Below are positions 1-11,246 of a stretch of DNA of 52,340 bases, piece by piece. Within the stretch, counting starts at the first letter, position 1. Every line of letters begins with the position of its first letter. This stretch comes from Octopus bimaculoides (Eukaryota): assembly GCF_001194135.2 (NCBI RefSeq), contig NC_068988.1:34949442-35001781 (forward strand), written 5' to 3'. The notes beneath the pieces were generated by a model. That model was given only the letters and a program-made list of their open reading frames with translations, searched no databases and had not been told where the DNA came from. The translations under genes and the position numbers were made by a program.

Positions 1-42
<42 letters not shown>

Positions 43-72
43 CTCCCTCTCTCTCTCTACCTCCCTCTCTCC
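1..72. repeat. (CT)n microsatellite
   Basis: Direct: near-perfect CT dinucleotide run from the window start. Confidence 0.97.
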
Positions 73-207
73 TAATATATCATAGCTCTTGTCCAAATTT
101 TCAAACAACTATCACTACTTTGTTTGTCTTTTAACTCAATTGCAATCTCAAAAATACTACCACCACCACCACCATCACTACTATTGCTGCTACTAATTAT
201 TATTATT

Positions 208-415
208 AAGGCAGCAAGCTGGCAGAATGGTTAGCAGGCGACTTTGTGGCATTTTGTTTGTCCTTGTGTTCTGAGTTCAAATTCTACTGAGGTTGACTTT
301 GCCATTTATCCTCTTGGGGCTGATAGAATAAGCACCAAGTCAACTATTGAGTCAATGTAATCAACTTATCCCTTCACCCAAAATTGCTCTCCTGGTACCA
401 AAATTTGAATCCATT
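208..415 (+). mobile_element. tRNA-headed SINE, family A (older copy)
   Basis: A-box-like 'tggcagaatggttag' and B-box-like 'gagttcaaattc'. Body '...gaggttgactttgcc..ttatcc...gatagaataagcacc' and tail 'ccaaaatttgaatccatt' are shared with many other copies in the window. Confidence 0.85.
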
Positions 416-477
416 CTTCTTCTTCTTCTTCTTCTTCTTCTTCTTCTTCTTCTTCTTCTTCTTCTTCTTCTTCTTCA

Positions 478-523
<46 letters not shown>

Positions 524-572
524 CTTATCATTATCATTATCATTATTATTCATATTATTATTATTATTATCA
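414..572. repeat. (CTT)n followed by (ATT/ATC)n compound microsatellite
   Basis: Direct: CTT run 414-476, then ATT/ATC run to about 572. It is the source of the spurious poly-L/I/F ORFs. Confidence 0.97.
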
Positions 573-574
573 TG

Positions 575-712
575 GTTTCAAAGTTTGGCACAAGGCCAAT
601 AATTTTGAGAGGTGGGGGTTAGTTGATACCATTCATTAAGACCAGTACTGAACTGGTATTTTATTTTATCAACCCTATTGGCATGAAAGGCAGATTTGAC
701 CCAATAACAACA
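575..712 (-). mobile_element. SINE family A, 3' half
   Basis: Reverse complement of the family A body and tail ('tttcaaagtttggcacaaggcc...actggtattttattttatcaaccc...atgaaaggcagatttgacc'). Confidence 0.8.
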
Positions 713-1013
713 TCAATAACAATGATGCTATTATTGTTGTTGTTATTTCTTTATTTGCCACAAAGGGATTCCAAACAAATGGGGCTGATACAAAGACAAG
801 ATAGAAATGAGGTGGATGTTTACATTTGCATATAGCATGTAAAAATGAGAAATAATAAGAACTAATGATAATAATAATGATAATAACAATATCTAACAGT
901 AACAATTAGGGATGGGGTTAAGATGAATAAAGCAGCTGGGTTGAAATGAACTACTGCTGAGACTAAGAATTCTTCAAGCTTGAAACATCACTGCTTCAGA
1001 TGTGTTTCACTTG

Positions 1014-1050
<37 letters not shown>

Positions 1051-1239
1051 AAATAAATAAATGCAATTTTCAGTGCCCCACCCTCAGCATAATCCCCACA
1101 CCATCCTTCCTCTTAAATCTCATAAAATGGATCACCCACATACCACTCATGAACAGTAGACATGCCCTCCCCCCACTGCTGTCTCTTAAGTCTTTGTAGT
1201 TTAGTCAGTCAGCCCCACCATCTTCAAACAATGTTTATT

Positions 1240-1420
1240 TTTTTTATTGCTCTCATTTGTTCCGGCTCTTTACGTTCTAAGTTCAAATCCCACTGAGTTT
1301 AGGTTTATCTTTCATCCTTCTGGAGTTGATAAAATGAAGTACCTGTCAAATACTGGGAGTGATTTAATCCACTGCCTTAACTCCTCATAAATTTTTGGCT
1401 GAAACCTATGTTAGAAGCAT
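1240..1420 (+). mobile_element. SINE family A, degenerate
   Basis: 'gttctaagttcaaatccc...ctttcatccttctggagttgataaaatgaagtacc...actgggagtgat'. Confidence 0.75.
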
Positions 1421-1434
1421 GATTATTATTATTG

Positions 1435-1650
1435 AGTGAGAGAACAGTGCATGCCATCAAAGTGATACTGGGGTAAAATATATGAAGTCCATTCTTATAC
1501 CCATCATGACTACCCATCTGATAAAAGTTCATCAGGCTCATGCATTACAACCACATGTGTGCGATATGGTAATTTTATATCAAGATAATGCATGACTTTG
1601 CAGGTGGGGCCCACTTAGAATTTTCTTCAAGTTGAGTAGCCCCTACCACT
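1435..1650. mobile_element. Unclassified interspersed repeat fragment
   Basis: GC-richer block 'gagagaacagtgcatgccatcaaagtgatactggggtaaaat...gcaggtggggcccacttagaattttc', which I recall as a recurrent octopus repeat. There is one copy here and the class is not determined. Confidence 0.5.
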
Positions 1651-1964
1651 CTGTATATTGGAGAGCAGGAGAAAAGTCTGATACCTTTGGTGGTCAGGGT
1701 AATCCTGGATCTGTGGGGTTCCTTAATTGACCCTAGTTAGAGTTTCTTTAGTTGGACGGCTGCATCATTCCTATTATCACATACTTTGCCTACTATGTAT
1801 AATTTCATTGTATTTCATTGTCTGTTCCATTTCTTTCTCCGTATCCTTTATGTAAATCTTATGGGGGTGAATGAAAATAGTACTAGTCAGGCATGGGGGT
1901 TGATGTAATTGACTAGTTCTCTCCTTAAAATTTCAGGCCTTGTGCATGTGGTAGAAAGAATAAA

Positions 1965-2200
1965 GGTGACAAGCTGAGAAAATTATTAGAGTATCAAGTA
2001 AAATTTTTAGTTACATTTTTACCAGCTCTTTATATTCTAAGTTCAAATTCAGCCAAGTTCGACTTCAGTTTCTATTTTCATCGTTTTGGAGTCAATGAAA
2101 TAAGTACTAGTGGGGTGCTGGAGTCACTGTAATCAACTAATACTTTCCCACTAAAAAACAAATTGCTGGATTGTGCCAAAATTTGAAACAATTGTTATTG
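1965..2200 (+). mobile_element. SINE family A, degenerate
   Basis: Head 'aaggtgacaagctg', 'ttctaagttcaaattc', 'aataagtactag', tail 'ttgctggattgtgccaaaatttgaaac'. Confidence 0.75.
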
Positions 2201-2754
2201 TTGGTCTTCCCATTCAGTAGGGTTGTTATTTACTTATCTATTTATATTTTCTCATTTTTCTGTTTCATGCCTCTTTCACAACCAAATAATATGTTCATTC
2301 TTTTGTTTGCATCTCAGAATTTTTTCTGTTTTTCCTTGTGTGTGTGAGAGAGAGAGAGAAAGAGAGAAAGAGTTTTGCCTGCAAAAAAATTTCAACCTTG
2401 TTTAGATAGCCCAGTGGGAGAATTGAAAATCAAAGATTTCCACAAGTTTGGCTGCCCTTCTTTTTGCTTCTTGTATTTTTTTTTTGTAGGTGTCTTTTTT
2501 TTAAAATAAATATTGTTTCTTTTCTCTTGTATATTGTATGATGACTACTGTTTAGAATTTGTTTAAAGAGGCTTGACAAATTGAAAAAGGATATTAGAAT
2601 TGTTTTATATATATATGTGAAGACAATAACCTGACAGCTGCAAAAGAGAGAAAGAAAAATACTTTCAAAAAAGAAAAAGCTGAATTAGGGCACCATTGAC
2701 CATAAAAGTTATTTATGTAATAACATGAATACATGAGTTATGTAACAATAGTAA

Positions 2755-3410
2755 TAGTTTCAGATTTTGCTACAAGGCCTGTAATTTTATGGAGAGGAGG
2801 TTAGTCAATTATATTGGCCCTAAAACTTGATTGGTACTTATTTTATCAATCCAAAGGGATGACTGGCTAAGTCAGCTTCAGTGGGTTTTGTAGTGAGTAG
2901 ACAAAATGCCACTGAGTGAATAGCTCTACATTGAATAAGTTGAGCACTGGAGTCAACATAATCAACTTACACCCTCCCCTAAAACTTCTGGCCTCATGCA
3001 AAAGTTTGAGATCATTATTATTATCATTATTAAGGCAGTGAGCTTGTAGAATCATTAGCTTGCTGGGAAATAGGATTAGTGGCAATTCGTCTGTCTTCAC
3101 ATTCTAAGTTCAAATTCTATCGAGGTCAACTTTGCCTTTCATCCTTACGTTGATGAAATAAGTACCAGTTGAGCACGGGTCAATATGACTTAATCCCTAC
3201 CCCAAGTAGTAATGATTCTGCCATCTGGCCACCTTAATAATAATGATTTTGGCTCAACACCAGTATTTGACTGGTGCTGCATTTTATTTACTCCAGAAGT
3301 ATGAAAGTCAACGTAACCACAGCATGATTTGAAACCAGAATGTATAGAGCTGTAAGAAATACTTGCAGGTATTTTCTCTTGTGCATTAACTATTCTGCCA
3401 GCTTACTACC
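2755..3410. mobile_element. Cluster of 4 SINE family A copies/fragments in alternating orientation
   Basis: About 2755-2850 (-), 2895-3010 (+), 3031-3210 (+, clear head 'aaggcagtgagcttgtagaatcattagc') and 3245-3410 (-). Confidence 0.75.
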
Positions 3411-3700
3411 TCACTTATGGCAATGTTATTGATAATAACAGAAGCATTAAAAAGCTATCTATATTTAATTCTGTAAATATTTTTTAAACGTTTAGCAAAG
3501 GATAAGAAAAAGCTAAAAATGACATAAAGTAAACTCTGATAAAACATTAAGATAGAAAATGAGATTCTACCTATATTTATAATTTATAGTTAATTTATTT
3601 ATAATTAATATAAATTAATACTGTTTTCTTTATAATTTGATTCTTGGAATGATCTGATTCATAATTAATTTTTTTTTTGTTCAATGCCATATTTTATTAA

Positions 3701-3916
3701 CCCTTTTGATACCAACCCACCACACAGACCACCTCTGTTCAATGATATATACTTCCTGTTTTAGAGTGATCTAAATTAAAATCTTTCATTAAAATGCTGT
3801 TTTAATGTATGTTCCAAATAATGACCAACCAAGATATTTTGGTAATTTTTTTATTATTCTCAATACTAATTGAAACAAATGCAGTGCGTTTCAATAGAAA
3901 TATGCTTATTAAAGGG
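3701..3916 (+). mobile_element. piggyBac-type MITE, subfamily 1
   Basis: TTAA|CCCTTT...AAAGGG|TTAA (TTAA at 3697-3700 and 3917-3920). A TTAA target duplication with CCC/GGG ends is the piggyBac hallmark. Related copies at 11032 and 47633. Confidence 0.85.
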
Positions 3917-4202
3917 TTAATGAAATGATGGGAGTTAGGTCCCACATATACTGCTCAACTGATGATGCACACTGGAGGTTGAACACTTTTTTCTAAAACC
4001 TAATTCCTGCTGTCTTGTGGTGCCAATGTTATGCTCTGCAATATTTAGGAACATTTAATTCCATGACTAGGTCTTCATAAATATATCAATAGATAAGGCT
4101 GTGATATCATTGTATGTAGGACATTTAGCCCTAATGTGCCCTAAGGGACCTCTATCTGTCAGGGTTGACTGATTAATCATATAGCTGCTGCTTCAGGAAT
4201 AT

Positions 4203-4492
4203 TTCTGGGCAAGGTTTTTTTATTTATTTATTTATTTATCATTATATTTCAGGCAGATAATTTAATTTTTCTTTTTTTGTCCTTGCCAAATAAATTTACA
4301 CTATATATTCATTCTTCACTTCTGAAACAGTCACCGAAGAGGTCACAGAATGTGTGGTGAAAGATTTCAAACAAAGGACGAACAATAATAAAGTTGAAGT
4401 GAAGAATAAATATAAAGTGCGTATGTCTATCTGGAGGAAAAAAAAATTATCAGCCCGAAATATAACAATAAATAAATAAACCTTGCCCAGAA
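4203..4492. mobile_element. Foldback/MITE-like element with ~55-60 bp imperfect inverted arms
   Basis: The left arm 4203-4263 'ttctgggcaaggttt...tatatttcaggcagataattt' matches the reverse complement of 4438-4492 'ttctgggcaaggttt...tatatttcgggctgataattt'. Confidence 0.6.
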
Positions 4493-4583
4493 CAAAATAG
4501 AAAAAAATGACCATCCTGAAATATAACAGTATCCATTTCAACCTACGATTTCACACTAGGAATCTTGCAAAACAAATACATTT

Positions 4584-4807
4584 ATCATCATCACCATCAT
4601 CGTTTAATGTCCTCTTTCCATGCTAGCACGGGTTGGATGATTTGACTGAGGACTGGTGAACCAGATGGCTACACCAGGCTCCAATCTGATTTGGCAGAGT
4701 TTCTACAGCTGGATGCCCTTCCTAATGCCAACCACTCTGAGAGTGTAGTGGGTGCTTTTACATGCCACCGGCACAAAGGCCAGTCAGACAGTACTGGCAA
4801 CGGCCAT
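4584..4807 (-). mobile_element. 5'-truncated RTE-X 3' UTR copy (family E)
   Basis: Reverse complement of '...gtggttggcattaggaagggcatccagctgtagaaac...ccaacccgtgctagcatggaaagagg acattaaacgatgatg', the same sequence that ends the LINE at 34818-36120. Confidence 0.85.
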
Positions 4808-4959
4808 TTATTTATTTATTTATTTATTGTGGAAAACTTCTCACCCTTCCAAGTCCCTAATATCATTCACAGGAAAGGCTGCTACTTTAGGGCTGATGCA
4901 GCTTAGAACTCAAACTTAGAAACAAGCTTAGAACTGTTAGAACTCAAATAGTCAGAGCA

Positions 4960-5105
4960 GATACTGCAAGACACTTGAATAGTTTTACTCTGGATTGGTA
5001 CTTCTTATTCATCCCAAAAGGTTTGAAATGTAAAGTTGACCTCGGTAGGATTTAAACTGACGTCAAAGCATTGTATCCAACATCTTGTCAACTCTGCCAA
5101 TTCAT
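4960..5105 (-). mobile_element. SINE family A, degenerate
   Basis: 'ttggtacttcttattcatcccaaaagg...aaagttgacctcggtaggatttaaact...aactctgccaa'. Confidence 0.7.
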
Positions 5106-5359
5106 CACATTAATGTGACCATATTACTAGTGAAATACTCTGTGTTGCAATTCATTTTCAAAATAGTTGGGAATTTGTAATGATGTAGTTGAAAAATCAA
5201 CTGGTTTTTGTTAATTGGTGTTTGAAACATAGCAAAACATATTTACATAAAATGGAGATAATTAATGGGTGGATGATATCCTAGTTAGTATACTGTGTGG
5301 AATATTATCAATTTTTTTTTTTTTTTTTTTTTGCTTTGGATACTGACTGGAATAAGGTA

Positions 5360-6900
5360 GCAGTCTTCTAAAAGGGCAGCAAGTCCCAGGCAGTAAATTA
5401 CTGACCTATCTCCCTTCTCATTTTATCAAATTATTTGAGAGAGTGGTGCAATCTAGAGTGACTCACTTCCTGGAAAGCAACAATCTGCTGGTTCCCAACC
5501 AGCATGGTTTCCACAATGGCAGGGACTGCCTTACACAGCTCCTGCATCACTTCAACAATATCCTAAAGGCCTTGGGTGAGGGATCCAATGAAGAAGTCAT
5601 ATATCTTGACTTCAGCAAGGCCTTTGACAAGGTTGACCACAACATCTTGTTAAAAAAACTTTGTAACATTGGAGTGCAAGGAAAGCTTCTGAAGTGGTTT
5701 AAATCCTTTCTGGTGAACAGAATGCAGCATGTGGTGATCAGTGGTGTTCGATCAAACACAGCAAAAGTCCTCAGTGATGTCCCACAAGGCACTGTGTTAG
5801 ACCCACTCCTGTTCCTTATCTACATAAATGACATCATCAGGGTCATTAAATACAGTAATGTAAAAATTTTCGTGGATGACTCTAAGCTTGTGAAGGTTGT
5901 CAATAGGATGGGAGACTGGACAAATCTTCAATTGGATCTAGTTGCTGTTATCCAATGGTCACAGAAACATAACATGCAACTGAACGAGAAGTTTGAGTTA
6001 ATCCACTTTGGTAAAATGGCTACACTTAAACAACCATATATTCTTCCTTCAGGAGAACGCCTCACACATCAAACACCGCTAGGGACCGTGGTGTGACTGT
6101 CAACGATAACGTAAGTTGTCCACATAAACAAGAAAGTTGACATCACCCGCGGGGCATGCTCCTGGATCCTCAGCACTTTCCAGTCTAGAGATGCTCCAAC
6201 CATTATCCTTCTTTTTTTCTAACTTTGCCCACCCTCACCTTGAATACTGTTGTCCACTATGGTCTCCCCACACGAGCCAGAATATTAAAAAGCCTGAAGC
6301 ACTATAGAGATCAATTACAGGAAAAACTGATGGCATGTATGGTCTTAATTACTGGGATTGACTCGCAAATCTCAAACTGTATTCTCTCCAGCACCACTGA
6401 AAGCGCTTTATTATTTGTATGATGTGGAAATTGTTCCAACAGTATTGCCCATATGATATCGGTATCACTTTTAAATTCTACCCAAGGCCTGGTCCCCGTG
6501 CCATGTGTCCTCTACAGAAATTGTGCTTTCAGCACATCACAACACTAAGACAGAACTGCTTCTCCTCAACTGGACCGGCTCTTTTTAACCTCATTCCAAA
6601 ACATATAAACGAGGAAAAAGATTTCATAACATTCAAAAAGTTCCTGGATGAATATCTCCAACAAATTCCAGATAAACCACCAACACGAATGGGCAATGGT
6701 ACCTAATCGAATGGGCAATAGTGCCTAATCGAATGGGCAATAGTGCCTAATCGAATGGGCAATAGTGCCTAATCGAATGGGCAATAGTGCCTAAAAATAA
6801 CTATACATAAATACATTACTAAATGTCTTTTCCAGATGGTGCTATTAAGTTAGCTATGACCTGGGCCAATGTGGCCGAAACCTATCTAAGTAAGTAAGTA
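5360..6900 (+). mobile_element. CR1/L2-group non-LTR retrotransposon, 5'-truncated, disrupted ORF2 (reverse transcriptase domain to 3' tail)
   Basis: ORF 5443-6096 has RT motifs QHGF, YLDFSKAFDKV, VPQGTVL(G>D)P and F(A>V)DD. Upstream is NY*PISL..KLFERVV. Downstream frameshifted pieces read LEYCCPLWSP and LYSL..MWK. The 3' end has a stem-loop and an (AAGT)n tail. It carries stops and frameshifts, so it is non-functional. Confidence 0.93.
6686..6794 (+). repeat. 22-bp tandem repeat x5 (CGAATGGGCAATAGTGCCTAAT)
   Basis: Direct: units start at 6686, 6708, 6730, 6752 and 6774. Units 2-5 are identical over their shared length and unit 1 differs at 2 positions. There are no spacers. Confidence 0.97.
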
Positions 6901-6908
6901 TATATCTA

Positions 6909-7038
6909 NNNNNNNNNNNNNNNNNNNNNNNNNNNNNNNNNNNNNNNNNNNNNNNNNNNNNNNNNNNNNNNNNNNNNNNNNNNNNNNNNNNNNNNNNNNN
7001 NNNNNNNNNNNNNNNNNNNNNNNNNNNNNNNNNNNNNN
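6909..7038. other. Assembly gap (130 N)
   Basis: N run flanked by TA repeats. Confidence 0.99.
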
Positions 7039-8326
7039 ATATATATATATATATACACATACATACATACATATATATATGAAAAGATTTTAAGTATCTT
7101 AGTTTTCACGTTTTTCTCTACTGACTTCACATGATATCCTATAATGCTAAGTCTGTCTCAGAGAATTATTCAAGCTACCAGCACCTTGAGGTAACTCTAG
7201 TTAAAGTCTTGATGTGCTTGTTATGCAATGAGATAATATGTTAATATATAGGATGGTAAATGAAATAACTATTATAGTAACGAGGATATCTAATAAGATT
7301 GTGATGTACCCGTATCTATGTAGTAGTGATGTAATAATAATAATGACAATAATTATAATAATTGATACTTCTATCAATAATAATCCTTTCTACTATAGGC
7401 ACAAGGCATGACATTTTGTGAGAGGGGCTAGTTGATTACATGGACCCTAGTGTAGCAGGACAGAGAAATGTAAAACACTGAGCTTTTTATTTAGCCCTAG
7501 GTCAGTCTTAAGCACTCAGTCACATGTTATTAGTTTGCCTAAAGATGATAGGGTTTAATTTGAGGGATTTTTGGATTCTGTTTCTATGAAGTCATGTGAC
7601 TACATTGAGGTCACTTTATTGGCTTGTATTCTGAACAGCTAATTATTGTTTTCTGTCCATATCGAATGCTTCCTATAAATCCAAACAATAGTGCTTGGTA
7701 AGCTGGGATTGTCTGTGAGACTAGAAAACATTTTAAAAGATGGACGACGGAAAGTAGTGTTGGCCCAGTTCCCAGAAAATATCTAACAAGAATTGATTGG
7801 CACAAAAACATTTGTACTGTGATTCAGTGACTCCTAATATTTAATGATATGGTATGGTCTAGTATGGTACAGTGAAATTGCAATGCTCAGTATTCTATTA
7901 GGTGATAATTTACTAATATATTGGTCATTTACTGGAATCAATCAAGTAATAAAGTCAAACTAAATCAAGCTCAAAAGACATTTAAAATATTTCAAAAACT
8001 ATTATCTAAAGACAACATAACTGATTCTTTCCTTGGAGAAGGCCACAAATTTGTGACTGATTAAGTCAACCCAAGTATATTACTGTTACTTAATTTTCCA
8101 AAAGCTGATGAACCATTTTGATAGCTAACACCCCTTGGTTTGTTATAACACCTCATGCTGATTACAATATAGCTAGCTATTTCTTTGCAATTTAGACTTC
8201 AATTTTCAGTCTACAATTGAGAATCGGTATATTTGTAATGATTTTCACGGAGTAATTTCACCAATGTGTATATTCAATATCGTAATTATTTTACTAAATC
8301 TCACTAAACATACACACATGCACACC

Positions 8327-8357
<31 letters not shown>

Positions 8358-10098
8358 TGCATGGTATCATTTATGCTTTTATTTTCAACTAAGATACAGA
8401 TAGTAGTATCAATGAAAAGAGGCTAGACATTGAAAAATGTTTTTTCAGGTGTTAACTAATTTGTTTTTGTTTTCATTTTGATGAATATTTGGGGTGTTTA
8501 ATTAATTATATCAATTCTTTGTATATTAAATCAATGTATTTTAAATTAATATCTATATATAAGTAATTAAATCTGTGCTTGTTTATTGACATCCTCTATC
8601 GTTTTACATTAGACCAACCAAAGGCAAAGTTGTCCCTGGCGATATTAAAACTAGGGACCAAATAAAAAGAATTGAATCCTCCTGTGATTCATTTAATGTG
8701 GTAACTTTAGTGCGTTAGTCGTCTCTAAGTGATCTTTCATGCATTATGGTTAATTGACTTAAATCAAAGACTGGTTACATATCAACAGATCAGTCTACCT
8801 TGATGTAAATAGGTACTGTGGAGAAGCGTAACCCACTGCAATAAACAGTACAAGGTTTGAATGAGCTTTGGGTTTTCCATTAGTTTGCAGTGCTGATTAG
8901 AAATTATTTTCAGCAATATATACGATAGCCTAGTGTCATATTCAGTAAAGGATTCATCTCATGTTTAGCAGCAAAGGAAATTTAACTAAATTTCCATCCT
9001 TATGAATGTTAACGATTTGAAATTAAATTTCTTAATTCTCATAAGTTTGGTATCTTCTGAATCTTTTAAATAGCTAATGATTGTTTACAATGGCCTCTTC
9101 TACCAAAGGATTGTTAAAGGTATCCTCTCACACAGCTTTAAGAGTAAGAGATCAGTTGGATATCATAAATCATCATGTGCACGGTAAACTGCAAGAATCA
9201 AAACAATGGCTTGCATATTCATTCTAAATACATTCTGACAGGATTTGATCATGAATTTGCGAATTGCTGTTGTATTTTGTTGTTGGAGAGCAATTTCTCT
9301 TTTCAGACAACTATATGTTCATAGCACCCTTGGTTCGTTAATGTAAAGATGACTTTAGTACATCCAGTGTGTTGACCTTGTTATGTCTCCTCATCTAAAG
9401 CTACCTTAAACTAATGAATCTAACAAGTGTTTATGGCTCTTAATTTCAGTTGTATATCAGTTAATCTAAATCTCTATTCCCATGGATGTTAATGACTCAA
9501 AAGTGAGTTTCTTAATTCTCCTACTCTTGTTAGCTAACTTTCCTTATTAACGAATGTAGTTCAGCATGTCCTCTGTTACCAGCAGTGTTAAAGGTATCCC
9601 ATTCACAAAGCTATGAGAGCATGAAAATATCAGCTTTTGAAATTCAGTAGGTTTTGTTTTATCATGTACTTGCAACAATTCCATTGAATTTTTATTTTTC
9701 TTCAGAAGTTTTTGAATGAATCATTATTTTATCAATAATGAAATTTCCATTATTTCAAAATCCCTTCTACATTATTCATTCTAGATCACTTAATTGCCAT
9801 AGTGGCCTTCTGCTTTCAATTAGTTTGAAATAAAGGCCGGTTTGTCTCTATTTCAACATAGTACGTGTGTTCTTCATAGATACATATATTTGTCAATGTA
9901 TTATTATAACTATTGATTAACTCATTTTTCATTGTGGCCATCTTACTTCGATAAATTTTAAACAATCCAGTTTTGTCTCTCTCCCAAAAACCTTTAGATT
10001 TATACCATATTGTAATATAGCTATTGATCTGATAAATTTTAGACTATCCCTATCTCGTATTTTTATTCTCAAATCTCTATGAAACTTTACATGCATGC

Positions 10099-10133
<35 letters not shown>

Positions 10134-11031
10134 CACACACACACACACACATGTAATGTATGTATGTGTGTATAAGTAGGTATTGTGCATGATTACAATG
10201 GTGTTTCATTGTAACCCTTCCTTGAATAAATTGTAATAGAATTAGTTGTGATCATTGAACAGTCCCTGACAACACTAATTGTGAAGCCAGTCTTACAGCA
10301 CAAAATTAACCAATGAAAAAGCTGTTTGAATGGCATTCTACATATGGCCTTCCCAGCTTTATTCTCTGATAATCTTTTTTCTGACTTCAGCCCATTGGAC
10401 TGCAGCTATGCTAGGACACTGCCCTTCAGTGAGTTTTTATTGATCCCAGTGACCCTAGTTTTTATTTCAGTTTATTATTTATTCTACCAATCAATATTTT
10501 ATTGATTGGCTAAGTTACCATTTTGACACATTTTTGTTTTTAAACTAACAGTACTGTGTCAAACACACAGACTCAAACACAAATCTATAAATGTATAAAG
10601 GGGGTGAATTTGTGTGTGTAAGTACAGATATATAAGCATGTATGCATTAACACACACATACAGTCACAAGACAGGCTTCTGCACAATATCCACATCCCAA
10701 ATTGTGCATACAAATATATTAAATGCTGTGTTAGAAGAGAATTGGTAGCAACATTCCTTAGGTTTGTTGGACAACTAAATATAATTGTTTTTCTCTTTCC
10801 TTCATTATTATTAGGGTGCTTAGTGACTGGCAAATTGTATTCTGCAGTTAAATGACAGCTGAGATAGTATAAAAATATTATACCAACTATGTCTGAGGGT
10901 TGGATTTGCAGTCAGTCTGGAGTACAATGAGTGATCCAGTCACTTAGTCAATGATAAGTGATAGGTTTATGATTCAAGACCCTTCAAAAACTTGTTGCTG
11001 TTTCTGTTTCAGACATGTCACTTCTTATTAA

Positions 11032-11246
11032 TTCTTTTACTTTATTTTTGATGAAATATGCTGCCTTTGTTTCAATTAATCTTGAAAATAATGAAAAATC
11101 TTGTGAAATAACTATATCATTATTAATCTGTTGGAACATAAATTACCCCAAAATTTTGATGGAAGCTTTATATTCAGATCACTTTAAAACAGGTAGTTTG
11201 TATCATAGAACCAGGGGTAGTGTCAGGCTGGTTAATATCAAAAGAG
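11032..11246 (-). mobile_element. piggyBac-type MITE, subfamily 1 (degenerate)
   Basis: Reverse-orientation homologue of 3701-3916, with TTAA at 11028-11031 and 11247-11250. Confidence 0.7.

Noticed and set aside
347-905. Poly-Leu/Ile/Phe ORFs, and the many similar YI/HT/CV/ER/LS-repeat ORFs across the window
   Set aside because: They are translations of (CTT)n, (ATT)n, (TA)n, (CA)n and (CT)n microsatellites that lack stop codons by composition.
6686-6794. 22-bp direct repeats as a CRISPR array
   Set aside because: The units are contiguous with no spacers, there are no cas genes, and the context is eukaryotic, inside a LINE.
6860-6885. Stem + GAAAC at the CR1 3' ends (also 21547-21571) as hammerhead ribozymes
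   Set aside because: The CUGANGA segment is missing before the stem in both copies, so they are treated as ordinary LINE 3' stem-loops.
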